DNA of 64,000 bases from assembly GCA_963676395.1 (NCBI GenBank), contig OY781066.1:1856001-1920000 (forward strand). Direction: 5' to 3'. A model generated the notes under the pieces. That model did no database searches. It was not told the origin of the DNA and worked only from the letters and a program-made list of their open reading frames with translations. The DNA is from a bacterium (GTDB lineage Bacteria > Fidelibacterota > Fidelibacteria > Fidelibacterales > Fidelibacteraceae). This document shows positions 29,070 to 39,184 of the stretch, in pieces (within the stretch, counting starts at the first letter, position 1; each line of letters opens with the position of its first letter). Made by a program: the position numbers and the translations under genes.

Positions 29070-30857
29070 ATGAAAAAAGTACTTATAACATTATTGGTGT
29101 TCGCTATGGTTTTTGCGGCACCGGACCCGGACTATTATGACACCGCTGCGGGTTTATCCGGGGAAGCTTTGAAGGCAGCTCTACATGAAATTATTGATGA
29201 CCATACAACATATTCTTATGATGATTTATGGGCTAATTTAAAATATACAGATGAAGATTGGAATAATTCTGGCAATTTTATTTTATTATACTCTGGATGG
29301 TCAGTAAGTAAATCATCATCCTATCCCGTCTGGAATAGAGAACATTCCTGGCCTAAAGCTCATGGTGATTTTGGGACGAGTCGTCCCACAGGTACGGACA
29401 TGCATCATTTACGACCAACAGATTGTGATGTAAATTCTACTCGTGGTAGCAAGGATTACGATAATGGTGGATCAAGGGTTACTGTAAAAGCGGGACAAAC
29501 AAATTGCTATTCGGATGGTGATTCCTTTGAACCTCGCGATGAAGTTAAAGGTGATTGCGCTCGTATGATGTTTTATATGGTCACTCGTTATGAAGGTGAC
29601 AGTGGAGAACCGGATCTTGAATTAGTTGATTATACAGGCACCAGTGGCTCTAAATTGGGTAAGCTTTCTACACTCATTGCTTGGCATAATGCCGATCCCG
29701 TTGATGATTGGGAGGCTCGTCGAAACGATAGGGTTGAAGAATATCAACACAACAGAAACCCCTTTATCGATCACCCCGAATATGTTGCTTATATCTGGGG
29801 TGGAGAAACCCCTGATGATCTTCAGGCTCCCGTAGCGGCTGCCGCAACGAATATTGATTCAAGCTCGTTCACAGCCTCATGGTCGACCGTTGATGGTGCG
29901 ACAGGTTATGAACTTTATGTTGCGACAGATGCGGTATTTTATAATCCCGTTAGTGGCTATAACCCTAAAGATCTAACAACGCTTAGTGAAACAGTGACAG
30001 GTCTACAACCTTCAACCAAATATTATTATAAACTCAAAGCTTATAATAATGATGAGACTTCGATTTTTTCAAATATTGTTGTATTAACGACCCTTGAAGG
30101 TGCTGGAGATACAACAGTTACACCTCCGGATACAAATCAAACTCATATTGAAACCTTTGCCAATTTTCCAGAGACCGGTTCTTCATATTATAGTGGGACT
30201 TTTGTGGGCCAGGATGGCTTAACTTGGACCTATGAAAGTTGTCGCGGAGATCAAGAAATAGTTGAAGAAACACCATGCCTTGGAAAAGGCAGAACTCCCG
30301 AAGCCAGCATAACATCGGGAAGCATCCCGAATGGTATCAGTACACTGAGTTTTGATTACAAGCAAGCATTTTCTACCGATGTAAGTGTTGATGTGTATGT
30401 GAATGATGTGCTGAAAGCAACGGTTACCTCAAACAACGAACAATTCATTATAAAGAATAGCGGTACCATCAATGTTGATGAACCAAGTACGGCCGTGATT
30501 AAATTAGTTCAGACATCTTCAAGTGCTGGACAGGTTTCTATTGATAACCTTTCATGGTCATCCTACCCTGTAAGCGTTGTACCTGTGTTACCTAAAGAAT
30601 TTTCATTAGGTAATGCCTATCCAAACCCCTTTAACCCTTCTTGTACATTACCTTTAACTTTAGATCAGGATTCTCATATTTCTGTTTCTCTTTACGATGT
30701 TATGGGTCATATGAAGAAAAGTATTTTTTCAGGCTTTATGTCTGCGGGTGCACATGATATCTATGTGAATGCTTCTGATATACCGACAGGTATGTATTTG
30801 ATCAAAGTTGAGCATTATAGTGGCAGTGAAATGCGGAAAGTATTATTAATCAAATAA
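29070..30857 (+). CDS. Extracellular endonuclease I (Bsn-like) with FN3 domain and C-terminal sorting (T9SS-like) domain
   Basis: Signal peptide, 'WNREHSWPK', 'DMHHLRP', 'KGDCARMMFYM', 'NRNPFIDHPE', FN3 segment, 'NAYPNPFNP' tail. Confidence 0.88.
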   Translation: MKKVLITLLVFAMVFAAPDPDYYDTAAGLSGEALKAALHEIIDDHTTYSYDDLWANLKYTDEDWNNSGNFILLYSGWSVSKSSSYPVWNREHSWPKAHGDFGTSRPTGTDMHHLRPTDCDVNSTRGSKDYDNGGSRVTVKAGQTNCYSDGDSFEPRDEVKGDCARMMFYMVTRYEGDSGEPDLELVDYTGTSGSKLGKLSTLIAWHNADPVDDWEARRNDRVEEYQHNRNPFIDHPEYVAYIWGGETPDDLQAPVAAAATNIDSSSFTASWSTVDGATGYELYVATDAVFYNPVSGYNPKDLTTLSETVTGLQPSTKYYYKLKAYNNDETSIFSNIVVLTTLEGAGDTTVTPPDTNQTHIETFANFPETGSSYYSGTFVGQDGLTWTYESCRGDQEIVEETPCLGKGRTPEASITSGSIPNGISTLSFDYKQAFSTDVSVDVYVNDVLKATVTSNNEQFIIKNSGTINVDEPSTAVIKLVQTSSSAGQVSIDNLSWSSYPVSVVPVLPKEFSLGNAYPNPFNPSCTLPLTLDQDSHISVSLYDVMGHMKKSIFSGFMSAGAHDIYVNASDIPTGMYLIKVEHYSGSEMRKVLLIK

Positions 30858-30875
30858 AATGATTAACATATAAAA

Positions 30876-30901
30876 GTAGGGGCGGACCTGTGTGTTCGCC
30901 C
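30876..30901 (+). repeat. GTAG-type REP-like hairpin, probably acting as terminator
   Basis: GTAG-GGGCGGAC-CTGTGT-GTTCGCCC followed by TTTTTATTTTT. Confidence 0.65.
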
Positions 30902-31068
30902 TTTTTATTTTTAAGCGATTTGACTTAAATTGGAATGCTTAGCATTGACTTAAATAAATCGACCCAAATCCAACAAATCATCAATTATCATTTAATTTCA
31001 TTAAAGCATTGAAAACAAAAGCAAATAAACTTAAATTATTCGTTAATAATAATGAAAGGAATCAAAAC

Positions 31069-32991
31069 ATGTCCCAAGTGAAAATTACTCTCCCTGACGG
31101 AGCGGTCAAGGCCTATGATCAAGGTGTGACTCCTATGGATATCGCCTTATCTATTTCTGAAGGTTTAGCACGCAATTGCGTTGTTGCCGAGGTCAACCAC
31201 CGTCTGACGGATATGGGACGAGAAATTACAGAGGATTCTGAGATACGCCTCATCACCTGGAGAGATGAAGAAGCGCATGAAGTGCTATTACACTCAACAG
31301 CTCACTTGATGGCTCAGGCCGTTCAGCGCTTGTATCCTGAAGTAAAAGTTACAATCGGACCCGCGATCGAAAATCGTTTTTACTATGATTTTGATACTGA
31401 AAAACCATTTACCGAAGATGATCTTGTAAAGATCGAAGCGGAAATGAAAAAGATCGTAAAAGAAAATATTCCCATTGTTCGTCAAGAAATATCACGCAAT
31501 GACGCGATCAAATTATTCGAAAAAATGGGAGAGACTTATAAGGTTGAGATCATCTCTGAGATCCCGGAAGATGAGATTCTTTCACTTTATTCGCAAGGCG
31601 ATTTTACTGATCTGTGTCGTGGACCGCATTTGTCATCCACGGGAAAGATTCCGGCATTTAAACTTTTAAGTGTAGCCGGAGCTTATTGGCGTGGTGATGA
31701 AAATAATAAAATGTTGTCTCGTATTTACGGAACAGCCTTTCCCTCTAAAAAAGAATTAAAAGCTTATCTTCAGTTAATGGAAGAAGCTAAGAAACGCGAT
31801 CACCGTAAGCTAGGTAAAGAACTTGATCTTTTCGAAATATCGGATACTGTTGGTCAAGGTTTATCTCTTTGGTATCCCAAAGGGGCTACAATGCGTAAGC
31901 TTATCGAAGATCGTTGGCATAAGGATCATCGTGAAAGTGGGTATGATATTGTTCAGACTCCCCATATTGGTAAGGCCGAATTGTGGGAAACCTCAGGTCA
32001 CTTGAGTTTTTACAAAGATTCAATGTATCCTGTCATGCCGGTCGAGAATCAGGATTATTACCTTAAGCCGATGAACTGTCCATTTCATATCATGGTTTAT
32101 AAACGGCATCAAACCTCATACAGAGATCTACCTTTACGTTATGCGGAATTAGGTACGGTTTATCGTTATGAACTTTCAGGCGCATTGCATGGTTTGATGC
32201 GTGTTCGTGGTTTTACTCAAGATGATGCCCATATCTTTTGTACTCCGGAACAATTAAACGAAGAAGTGGAAAAACTTCTTCAGTTTTCTTTTGATTTTCT
32301 CGGATCATTTGGTTTTGAAGAATATGAACTTTACTTATCCACAAAACCTACAGAGAAATTTGTGGGTGAACCGGAACTTTGGGAAATGGCACAAGAGTCA
32401 TTAAGCAAATCCATGAAAAAAATGAATATCGACTATAAAGTTGATGAAGGTGGTGGTGCTTTTTATGGTCCCAAGATCGATATCAAGATCAAAGATGCTA
32501 TCGGTCGTTTGTGGCAATGTACAACCATTCAGTTTGATTTCAATTTACCTGATCGATTTGATATGACATATACCGGAGCAGATGGAGAGGCACATCGTCC
32601 TTTTGTGATCCATCGTGCGGTTATGGGTTCTCTAGAACGTTTTATCGGTGTGTTAATTGAACATACTGCCGGTAAATTTCCTTTATGGTATGCTCCCGTT
32701 CAATTAAAAGTTGTACCGGTATCCGAAAAATATAACGATTCAGCTGAAAAATATGCTAAAGAAATGAAAAAGGTTGGATTACGCGTAGAGCTTGATGCAC
32801 GTAATGAACGTGTTGGATACAAAATTCGCGAAGCGGAAACATTAAAGATCCCCTATATGATTGTGGTTGGTCAACAGGAAGAAGAAAGTGGCATGTTAAA
32901 ACTTCGTCAACAAGGCGGGGAAGAGCTTGATGCAAGATCTCTTGCCGATGTGATCGCACTCTTAAAAGAACAGGAAGCAGCGCATAAATAA
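31069..32991 (+). CDS. thrS: Threonine--tRNA ligase
   Basis: TGS domain, 'HSTAHLMAQA', 'DLCRGPH', 'KPMNCP.H', 'RVRGFTQDDAH', 'AFYGPKID'. Likely ATG at 31069. Confidence 0.97.
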   Translation: MSQVKITLPDGAVKAYDQGVTPMDIALSISEGLARNCVVAEVNHRLTDMGREITEDSEIRLITWRDEEAHEVLLHSTAHLMAQAVQRLYPEVKVTIGPAIENRFYYDFDTEKPFTEDDLVKIEAEMKKIVKENIPIVRQEISRNDAIKLFEKMGETYKVEIISEIPEDEILSLYSQGDFTDLCRGPHLSSTGKIPAFKLLSVAGAYWRGDENNKMLSRIYGTAFPSKKELKAYLQLMEEAKKRDHRKLGKELDLFEISDTVGQGLSLWYPKGATMRKLIEDRWHKDHRESGYDIVQTPHIGKAELWETSGHLSFYKDSMYPVMPVENQDYYLKPMNCPFHIMVYKRHQTSYRDLPLRYAELGTVYRYELSGALHGLMRVRGFTQDDAHIFCTPEQLNEEVEKLLQFSFDFLGSFGFEEYELYLSTKPTEKFVGEPELWEMAQESLSKSMKKMNIDYKVDEGGGAFYGPKIDIKIKDAIGRLWQCTTIQFDFNLPDRFDMTYTGADGEAHRPFVIHRAVMGSLERFIGVLIEHTAGKFPLWYAPVQLKVVPVSEKYNDSAEKYAKEMKKVGLRVELDARNERVGYKIREAETLKIPYMIVVGQQEEESGMLKLRQQGGEELDARSLADVIALLKEQEAAHK

Positions 32992-33088
32992 GTCTGGCCA
33001 CTTATTTAACACGTACGAAATATTATATGGTCTTACCGGGGAGTGGTTTTCTCTTTGGCTAAAGCACAACATAAGATAAAGGAAAAGT

Positions 33089-34849
33089 ATGGAAAATTAC
33101 GGCTCTGCCAAATTCGTTGATAATAAGCTCGTCCTACGTTTGAAAGATAGGATATGCGAAACGCCTGAAGAGTTGTTGAGCTCAACCCTTTTTCTTGATG
33201 TTGTAAAACGCTATATGAAAGACCTGATCCGAAAAGAATCAAAACTTCTTACCGTATTCGGTAAAAAAATTGAAAATATAGAGGATTGTGATCTGGAAAA
33301 ATTGGTTGAAGTATTTCAGGTTCTTGAGAAAATGGAACTGGAAAATTTACCAAAACTTATCGAAGGTGCTGAATCTTTTATTAAAGATCCTAACCTTTTA
33401 CAGGAGTTTGTTGAAGGATTATATAATTATTGGCGTACTTTTGAGCGATATGTGATATGTGATTCTTCGCATATTTCTTTAGATAAGCGTCCTTATAGAA
33501 CCTTTGATGCCACCGTTGAAACACTAATGCATCTTATTCGGAAAACATATCGTGATATGGAAGAGAATATCACGGGACGGCATCCAAACATTTTTCGTCA
33601 GGTTGCGGCCGGTGCCGAATTGGGAGTGATCACACGTAAAAAAGAATTACATGCAGTAAAAATGCCGAAGTATAAAGAACTTGATGAGATCTCGGTGGTC
33701 CGTCAGATGCTCTTATATCCACCGCTATTATTGGATCCACCAATGAATAAACGTTCCGGTCGATTTCATGAAATTGATCAAAATCCCATGGATTTGCTGA
33801 ATATTAATACCAAAGAATGGATATGCTATCCTGCAAAGGTAGGCGAATTACTGATCCTGGTTTATGTGCATGAACGATTTTTTGAGCTGGGGTTTGCGCT
33901 TTGTAATTTATTCGATCTTGCCGAAGATGAGTATTTAGATAAAAAGCCAGATGCTATATATTTGTATGGAACACCTTCGGGGTCTTTGGATGGTTTGGCA
34001 GAAATGCCTACAGTTTTCTATGATGATAAAGAAAATGATGTGCTGGTTGGGGCAGTGCCGAATGACGATATTTATGGATATTTCGGCTATTTAAAGAAAA
34101 TGATTCTGACTTTGCACAATATTAAGGTGATGAAACAAGGTAAAATGCCTTTCCATGGTGCGATGGTTCGTATTATCGCTAAAGATGATCGAGCTAAAAA
34201 TGTTTTGATCATTGGTGAAAGTGGAACAGGAAAATCCGAGTCGCTTGAAGCTTTACGTATTATTGGAGATGATCAGATCAAGGAAATGATTATCGTTGCT
34301 GATGATATGGGATCCATTGACCTGGATGAGAATGAGGAAGTGATCGGTTACGGAACTGAAACAGGTGCTTTTGTCCGTTTGGATGATTTACAGCCGGGTT
34401 ATGCTTTTGGACAGATCGATCGTTCCATCATTATGAGCCCCAATAGGGTAAATGCCCGAATAGTACTACCGGTTACAACTTACGAAGAAGTGACTAAAGG
34501 TTATAAAGTAGATCTGGTCCTTTATGCTAATAATTATGAACCTGTAGATGAAGATCATCCCATCATTTCAAAAATTACTACAGCTGAACGAGCACTGGAA
34601 ATATTCCGTGATGGTACGGCCATGAGTAAAGGTACTACAACTTCAACGGGATTGATCCATTCGTATTTTGCTAATATTTTTGGTCCTGTTCAGAAAAAAG
34701 AACTTCACGAAAAGATATCTCAAAGATTTTTTGATAAATTTTATGAAAATGGTGTATTTGTTGGTCAGTTCCGCACTCGTCTAGGTGTTAGTGGTTGCGA
34801 ACAGAGTGGTCCAGAGGAAGCGGCAAAAGCTTTGTTGGAGATGTTATAA
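33089..34849 (+). CDS. Phosphoenolpyruvate carboxykinase-like protein (divergent family)
   Basis: 'YFGYLKKMILTLHN', 'PFHGAM', P-loop 'GESGTGKSE', 'ADDMG', 'GTETGAFVRLDDL'. Confidence 0.7.
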   Translation: MENYGSAKFVDNKLVLRLKDRICETPEELLSSTLFLDVVKRYMKDLIRKESKLLTVFGKKIENIEDCDLEKLVEVFQVLEKMELENLPKLIEGAESFIKDPNLLQEFVEGLYNYWRTFERYVICDSSHISLDKRPYRTFDATVETLMHLIRKTYRDMEENITGRHPNIFRQVAAGAELGVITRKKELHAVKMPKYKELDEISVVRQMLLYPPLLLDPPMNKRSGRFHEIDQNPMDLLNINTKEWICYPAKVGELLILVYVHERFFELGFALCNLFDLAEDEYLDKKPDAIYLYGTPSGSLDGLAEMPTVFYDDKENDVLVGAVPNDDIYGYFGYLKKMILTLHNIKVMKQGKMPFHGAMVRIIAKDDRAKNVLIIGESGTGKSESLEALRIIGDDQIKEMIIVADDMGSIDLDENEEVIGYGTETGAFVRLDDLQPGYAFGQIDRSIIMSPNRVNARIVLPVTTYEEVTKGYKVDLVLYANNYEPVDEDHPIISKITTAERALEIFRDGTAMSKGTTTSTGLIHSYFANIFGPVQKKELHEKISQRFFDKFYENGVFVGQFRTRLGVSGCEQSGPEEAAKALLEML

Positions 34850-34900
34850 AAACGATCTTTATCCTATACCGGTTAAGGAATATATGAACAATGATTTTAG

Positions 34901-34925
34901 GGAACGGTTGAGACCGTTCCTTATT
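34901..34925 (+). terminator. Terminator after the PEPCK-like gene
   Basis: GGAACGGT-TGAG-ACCGTTCC followed by a T-rich tail. Confidence 0.65.
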
Positions 34926-35045
34926 AATTACAGGGTATTATTTTTGCTATTAATTGAAACCGGGAAATATTATCAAACGCCATAAAATATTATAATAGAT
35001 TATAATTAACAGTCCAGTACATGCCAAAGAAAAAGCTTATTATTT

Positions 35046-35888
35046 TTATTTTAATAAATTTTTATACCAGATATTCATGCTTTCTATCTGTCCGGAAATA
35101 TTGGTATTGTTTTTTAATCTACCGCCATAGGCATAGCCTGAACGGGCAAAGGTGATGTTCATGCCGGGGGAGATAGCTCTGGCAATGGTAAATGCAGTTA
35201 CATATTCTTGCGCTTTAATGGATTTTTCCATTTTTCTTAGCAGATGATAGGCAAATCCTTTACCTCTCGCTTCAGGAAGAGTTGCAAAATCAGTCATTTC
35301 AGCATACAAGCCGGTAGGATTTTTTTCGGCAGATGCAAGTGCCAGGATCTTATCTGAAGTTTCAATACAAAAATAATCCACGTTTTCATTCATTGTTTTT
35401 AGTAAAAATTCTTTATCGTAAATAGGGAAAGGGTAGGTGGGGAATACCTTGCGATATAGTTCTGCCATCTCATCGATATCTTCGGGTGAACATTGACGAA
35501 TATGATGACGAAGTGGATTAATTAATGTCGCTTTACTATCTTTTTTATCCAAAGCTAACTGTAATACATCAAGATAACTTTGTAGCTTATGCTCTTTGGC
35601 TCTAGTATTTTTTAAATAGTAGGCAAGAAAAATAATATCTTCTCCACTTGACAGCATCCCCGGAATTCTGGCCTCTTCACAGAAATCGTATAATTCAAAA
35701 ATACTTTTCTCAGATGCTTTGGCTTTAACAAATATCTTGCCGTATTTTTCTTTTCTTGCCAGATCAATGAGCCGTTTGGGTAAATTTTCAATATCATCAG
35801 TTGATGCTTCTAGAAGATATATTCTGTCGTTAAATGGCCCATGTTGTATCCACGAACCACAGGATAATTTTACTATTTTATCAAACAT
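35046..35888 (-). CDS. ablB: Beta-lysine N-acetyltransferase
   Basis: 'IQHGPFNDRIYL', 'FPTYPFPI', 'AEMTDFATLP..RGKG', 'GMNITF', 'NNTNISGQIESMNIWYK'. Translationally coupled to ablA. Confidence 0.9.
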   Translation of the reverse strand: MFDKIVKLSCGSWIQHGPFNDRIYLLEASTDDIENLPKRLIDLARKEKYGKIFVKAKASEKSIFELYDFCEEARIPGMLSSGEDIIFLAYYLKNTRAKEHKLQSYLDVLQLALDKKDSKATLINPLRHHIRQCSPEDIDEMAELYRKVFPTYPFPIYDKEFLLKTMNENVDYFCIETSDKILALASAEKNPTGLYAEMTDFATLPEARGKGFAYHLLRKMEKSIKAQEYVTAFTIARAISPGMNITFARSGYAYGGRLKNNTNISGQIESMNIWYKNLLK

Positions 35889-37201
35889 TAGCTGTTATTT
35901 CTTCGTTTGTGTCTAGCGTTATTAGCAGGAACTAAGGATATCGTGGAGTCATAATCTGCCAATAATTTTTCAATGCCTTCAGATCTGTATTCATCGGCAT
36001 CTTGAAGTAAAAGATCTCTTTGGCAATTATCACAATTACGATCACAAAATGAAGGCTTATATGAATCCGGTTCTTTATAGGTAGAAATTACACCCTCATA
36101 ATTCCTTAGTACGACTTTATTTGTGGACCAAGAGATCAAATAATTTGGCATTACCGGGATCTTACCGCCTCCGCCCGGAGCATCGATCACATAAGTTGGT
36201 ACACATAAACCGCTGGTATGACCGATCAAAGATTCCATGATCTCAATCCCTTTGCCAACAGGGGTTCTAAAATGGTTTAAACCTTCGGATAGATCACATT
36301 GATAAAGATAGTAGGGTCTAACTCTATTGTAAGCAAGTTTTTGAACCAGGGACTTCATAATACGAGGACAATCGTTCACTCCGGCCAATAATACCGATTG
36401 GTTTCCAAGTGGGAAACCTGCATCGGCCATTTTTCTTAAAGCCGTACGTGCTGAATGAGTGAGCTCACGTGGATGATTAAAATGTGTGTTGATCCATACA
36501 GGTTGATGTTTTTTTAGCATATTTACCAAATCATCAGTAATTCTGTAGGGCATAACAACAGGTGTTCGAGTGCCAATACGGATTATTTCAACATGATCAA
36601 TCTTTCTTAACTCGGTCAGGATCCAATCCAAATAATTATCTGATAATAAAAAGGGATCTCCTCCACTTAATAAAACATCTCGTACTCTCGGATTGTTTTT
36701 GATATAATCAATTCCTTGTTGGATCTGAGTTTTATTAGGTATACTATCCACATCTCCAACCTGTCTTTTGCGAGTACAATGTCTGCAATACATTGAACAG
36801 GTATTACTGACAAGAAAAAGTACACGATCTGGATAACGATGGGTTAAACCCGGAACCGGACTATCCTTATCTTCGGCAAGTGGATCAGACATTTCGGTAT
36901 TGGCAACCGTTAATTCATCAATTACCGGAAAACTTTGCTTAAAAACAGGATCATTTTCAAGATCATCAGTATTTATCAATGATAAATAGTACGGGGTTAT
37001 TGACATCGGAAATTTTGATGTAATTTTATCGTATTGTTGTCTGATCTCATCGGAAACTTTAACATTTAGTAGATTCTCAAAGGTATCAAGATCGCGAATT
37101 GTATGGCGCATTTGCCATTTCCAGTCACGCCAATTTTTTGATCCGCTGTCATCTATTTCTTTTATAATATTTTTTTGCTTTTCTGAAATCATCATATTCA
37201 C
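35888..37201 (-). CDS. ablA: Lysine 2,3-aminomutase (radical SAM)
   Basis: 'WRDWKWQ', 'THRYPDR', CxxxCxxC '[12 protein letters not shown]', '[10 protein letters not shown]'. Next to ablB. Confidence 0.92.
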   Translation of the reverse strand: MNMMISEKQKNIIKEIDDSGSKNWRDWKWQMRHTIRDLDTFENLLNVKVSDEIRQQYDKITSKFPMSITPYYLSLINTDDLENDPVFKQSFPVIDELTVANTEMSDPLAEDKDSPVPGLTHRYPDRVLFLVSNTCSMYCRHCTRKRQVGDVDSIPNKTQIQQGIDYIKNNPRVRDVLLSGGDPFLLSDNYLDWILTELRKIDHVEIIRIGTRTPVVMPYRITDDLVNMLKKHQPVWINTHFNHPRELTHSARTALRKMADAGFPLGNQSVLLAGVNDCPRIMKSLVQKLAYNRVRPYYLYQCDLSEGLNHFRTPVGKGIEIMESLIGHTSGLCVPTYVIDAPGGGGKIPVMPNYLISWSTNKVVLRNYEGVISTYKEPDSYKPSFCDRNCDNCQRDLLLQDADEYRSEGIEKLLADYDSTISLVPANNARHKRRNNS

Positions 37202-37204
37202 TCG

Positions 37205-37702
37205 TTATGTGTTCTTAATGTCAATATCGGCATTGGGTAATAAATTGGGTGAGGCATCAAGTTTTTCCGCATCCATCATCTCTACTACTTGTTCAAGAGA
37301 ATAAGTAATCACTTCAAGTTTTTCTTTGTCCAGTTCATTTAAGGCTGCTGATAATTTATCTTGAAGAAGTGAAGGAGTTGAATCTAAGATACCTTTGCCG
37401 GCATCTGTCAGAGATAAATAAACTTTTCTCCTGTCTTCTTTAGAGCGTTCACGGATAAGATATTGTTTTGCTTCAAGTCTGTCAACAATTCCGATGACCG
37501 TACTTTCGCTTAAATTAACTTTTTGTGCCAATTCTTTTGTAATAATGTGCTCATTCTTCCCTAAAGCATCCAAACACAGTAATTGTGGAGTTGTTAATCC
37601 CAATTCAGTATTGATTTTTCGGGAATATTTATCTACTGAACGTATTACACGACGTATGGCTGTCAGAATTCTGTATTCATAGTTTTTCATGTCTTTGTTC
37701 AT
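37205..37702 (-). CDS. MarR-family regulator (EctR/CosR-like)
   Basis: 'ILTAIRRVIRSVD.YSR', 'GLTTPQL', 'GIVDRLE', 'DRRKV..SLT..G', 'PSLLQD'. Likely ATG at 37702; the ORF track's extension to 37786 overlaps the promoter. Confidence 0.88.
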   Translation of the reverse strand: MNKDMKNYEYRILTAIRRVIRSVDKYSRKINTELGLTTPQLLCLDALGKNEHIITKELAQKVNLSESTVIGIVDRLEAKQYLIRERSKEDRRKVYLSLTDAGKGILDSTPSLLQDKLSAALNELDKEKLEVITYSLEQVVEMMDAEKLDASPNLLPNADIDIKNT

Positions 37703-37718
37703 ATTAATATCTCTAAAT

Positions 37719-37738
37719 ATAATTCGTACACGAATTAT
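37719..37738. promoter_or_regulatory. Palindromic operator of the marR-ablAB operon
   Basis: Perfect 9-2-9 inverted repeat ATAATTCGT-AC-ACGAATTAT just downstream of the predicted TSS. Confidence 0.75.
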
Positions 37739-37745
37739 TTCTGGT

Positions 37746-37776
37746 CGAAGATATGAATTAGGCACTGTAATGTCAA
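37746..37776 (-). promoter_or_regulatory. Sigma70-type promoter of marR-ablAB
   Basis: Minus strand TTGACA (37776-37771), 17-nt spacer, TATCTT(CG). Confidence 0.7.
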
Positions 37777-37968
37777 GAAATACCATTTAATTATCGTGAA
37801 ATACTTCATGTGTTTTTACCCATCGATTTATTATTTTTGACATATTTAGTCTAAGCGTTTAAATTTGCTTATGCGATATATCGCTTTGATGAATTTTTTA
37901 CGATTGATTTTGATTGGGCGAGTGTACTAAAAATTATTGGAATAATTCATAATATTCTCAAAAAACCC

Positions 37969-38000
37969 TTGGAATTTAGGCATTTAAGTCGATATATTTG
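37969..38000 (+). promoter_or_regulatory. Promoter of the infC-rpmI-rplT operon
   Basis: TTGGAA at 37969 and TATATTTG at 37993. Confidence 0.55.
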
Positions 38001-38064
38001 GCTCACATTCCTCGTTGGGGGGATGTAGTGTTTTTATTTGGATGTTATAAATGAAGGAGCTGAT

Positions 38065-38607
38065 ATCTCACGTCAAATGAAACCAAACGTAAAAGAGAAA
38101 GAAGACACAACAAGAATTAATGGTGCCATCAGAGCTAAAGAGATCAGATTGATTTCTGACGATGGCGGTTTAATAGGGATCGTAGGTGTACGCGAGGCGC
38201 TGGACATAGCTGAGAAAAGAGATTTGGATTTGGTGGAAATTTCACCAAACGCAAATCCCCCCGTATGCAAGATCATAGATTACGGTAAGTATAAGTATGA
38301 GCAACAAAAGCGCGAGAAGACTCAGAAGAAGAAGCAGCATGTAATTACCGTCAAAGAAGTAAGATTTCGCCCCCATACCGACACTCACGATATTGAGACC
38401 AAAGTTCGCAAGATCCGTGAGTTTATTGAAGACGGTGACAGGGTGAAAATATCGGTTATGTTCCGTGGCCGTGAAATGGCTCATAAGGAAATGGGACACG
38501 ATACCATCAATAAGGTGATCACACTTCTTGAAGATGTTGCAAAAATCGATAAAGCGCCTAAACAAGAAGGTCGCTTTCTCACGGCTTATCTCGCCGCCAA
38601 AAAGTAA
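38065..38607 (+). CDS. infC: Translation initiation factor IF-3 (probable non-AUG ATC start)
   Basis: '[14 protein letters not shown]', '[25 protein letters not shown]', 'MFRGRE'. AAGGAG SD lies 5 nt before the in-frame ATC at 38065. Confidence 0.95.
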   Translation: MSRQMKPNVKEKEDTTRINGAIRAKEIRLISDDGGLIGIVGVREALDIAEKRDLDLVEISPNANPPVCKIIDYGKYKYEQQKREKTQKKKQHVITVKEVRFRPHTDTHDIETKVRKIREFIEDGDRVKISVMFRGREMAHKEMGHDTINKVITLLEDVAKIDKAPKQEGRFLTAYLAAKK

Positions 38608-38617
38608 GGAGAAAACA

Positions 38618-38812
38618 ATGCCCAAGATGAAAACAAATCGTGGTGCAGCAAAGCGGTTCAAAGTAACCGGCTCAGGTAGAATTAAAAGAAAAAAAGCTTA
38701 TGCAAGTCATATTCTGACTAAGAAGAGCACAAAGCGCATTAGAAAATTGCGTGAACAAGCTGGGATTTCATCAGCAGACAAGAAACGTGTAGACAGAATG
38801 TTGGGAATATAA
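38618..38812 (+). CDS. rpmI: 50S ribosomal protein L35
   Basis: '[20 protein letters not shown]', AAGGAG SD. Confidence 0.97.
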   Translation: MPKMKTNRGAAKRFKVTGSGRIKRKKAYASHILTKKSTKRIRKLREQAGISSADKKRVDRMLGI

Positions 38813-38836
38813 TCCCAGACTTGAAAGGAGTTTAAT

Positions 38837-39184
38837 ATGCCTAGAGCAAATAGTTCAGTACCAAGACACCGCAGACACCGTAAGATTGTTAAATTGGCAA
38901 AAGGCCAGTTCGGTGCGCGTCGCAAATTATATAAAACAGCTGTAGAAGCCGTAGAACGCGGTTGGGTATACGCATACCGTGATCGCCGCCAGAAAAAACG
39001 TGATTTCCGTAGATTGTGGATCACACGTATCAATGCGGCAGTTCGTCAACATGGTTTAAGTTACTCACGATTTATTCACCTCTTAAACGAAAAGGGCGTG
39101 GAGCTTAATCGTAAACAGCTTAGTGAGATGGCTATTCATCAGCCGGAAACATTTGCAAAATTGGTCGAATCGGTAAAAAAATAA
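38837..39184 (+). CDS. rplT: 50S ribosomal protein L20
   Basis: 'YAYRDRRQKKRDFRRLWITRINAA', 'LNRKQLSEMA'. Confidence 0.98.
   Translation: MPRANSSVPRHRRHRKIVKLAKGQFGARRKLYKTAVEAVERGWVYAYRDRRQKKRDFRRLWITRINAAVRQHGLSYSRFIHLLNEKGVELNRKQLSEMAIHQPETFAKLVESVKK

Noticed and set aside
35888..37201. EpmB (EF-P modification) or lysine-fermentation KamA
   Set aside because: Translational coupling to ablB and the absence of epmA or kamDE neighbours favour AblA.
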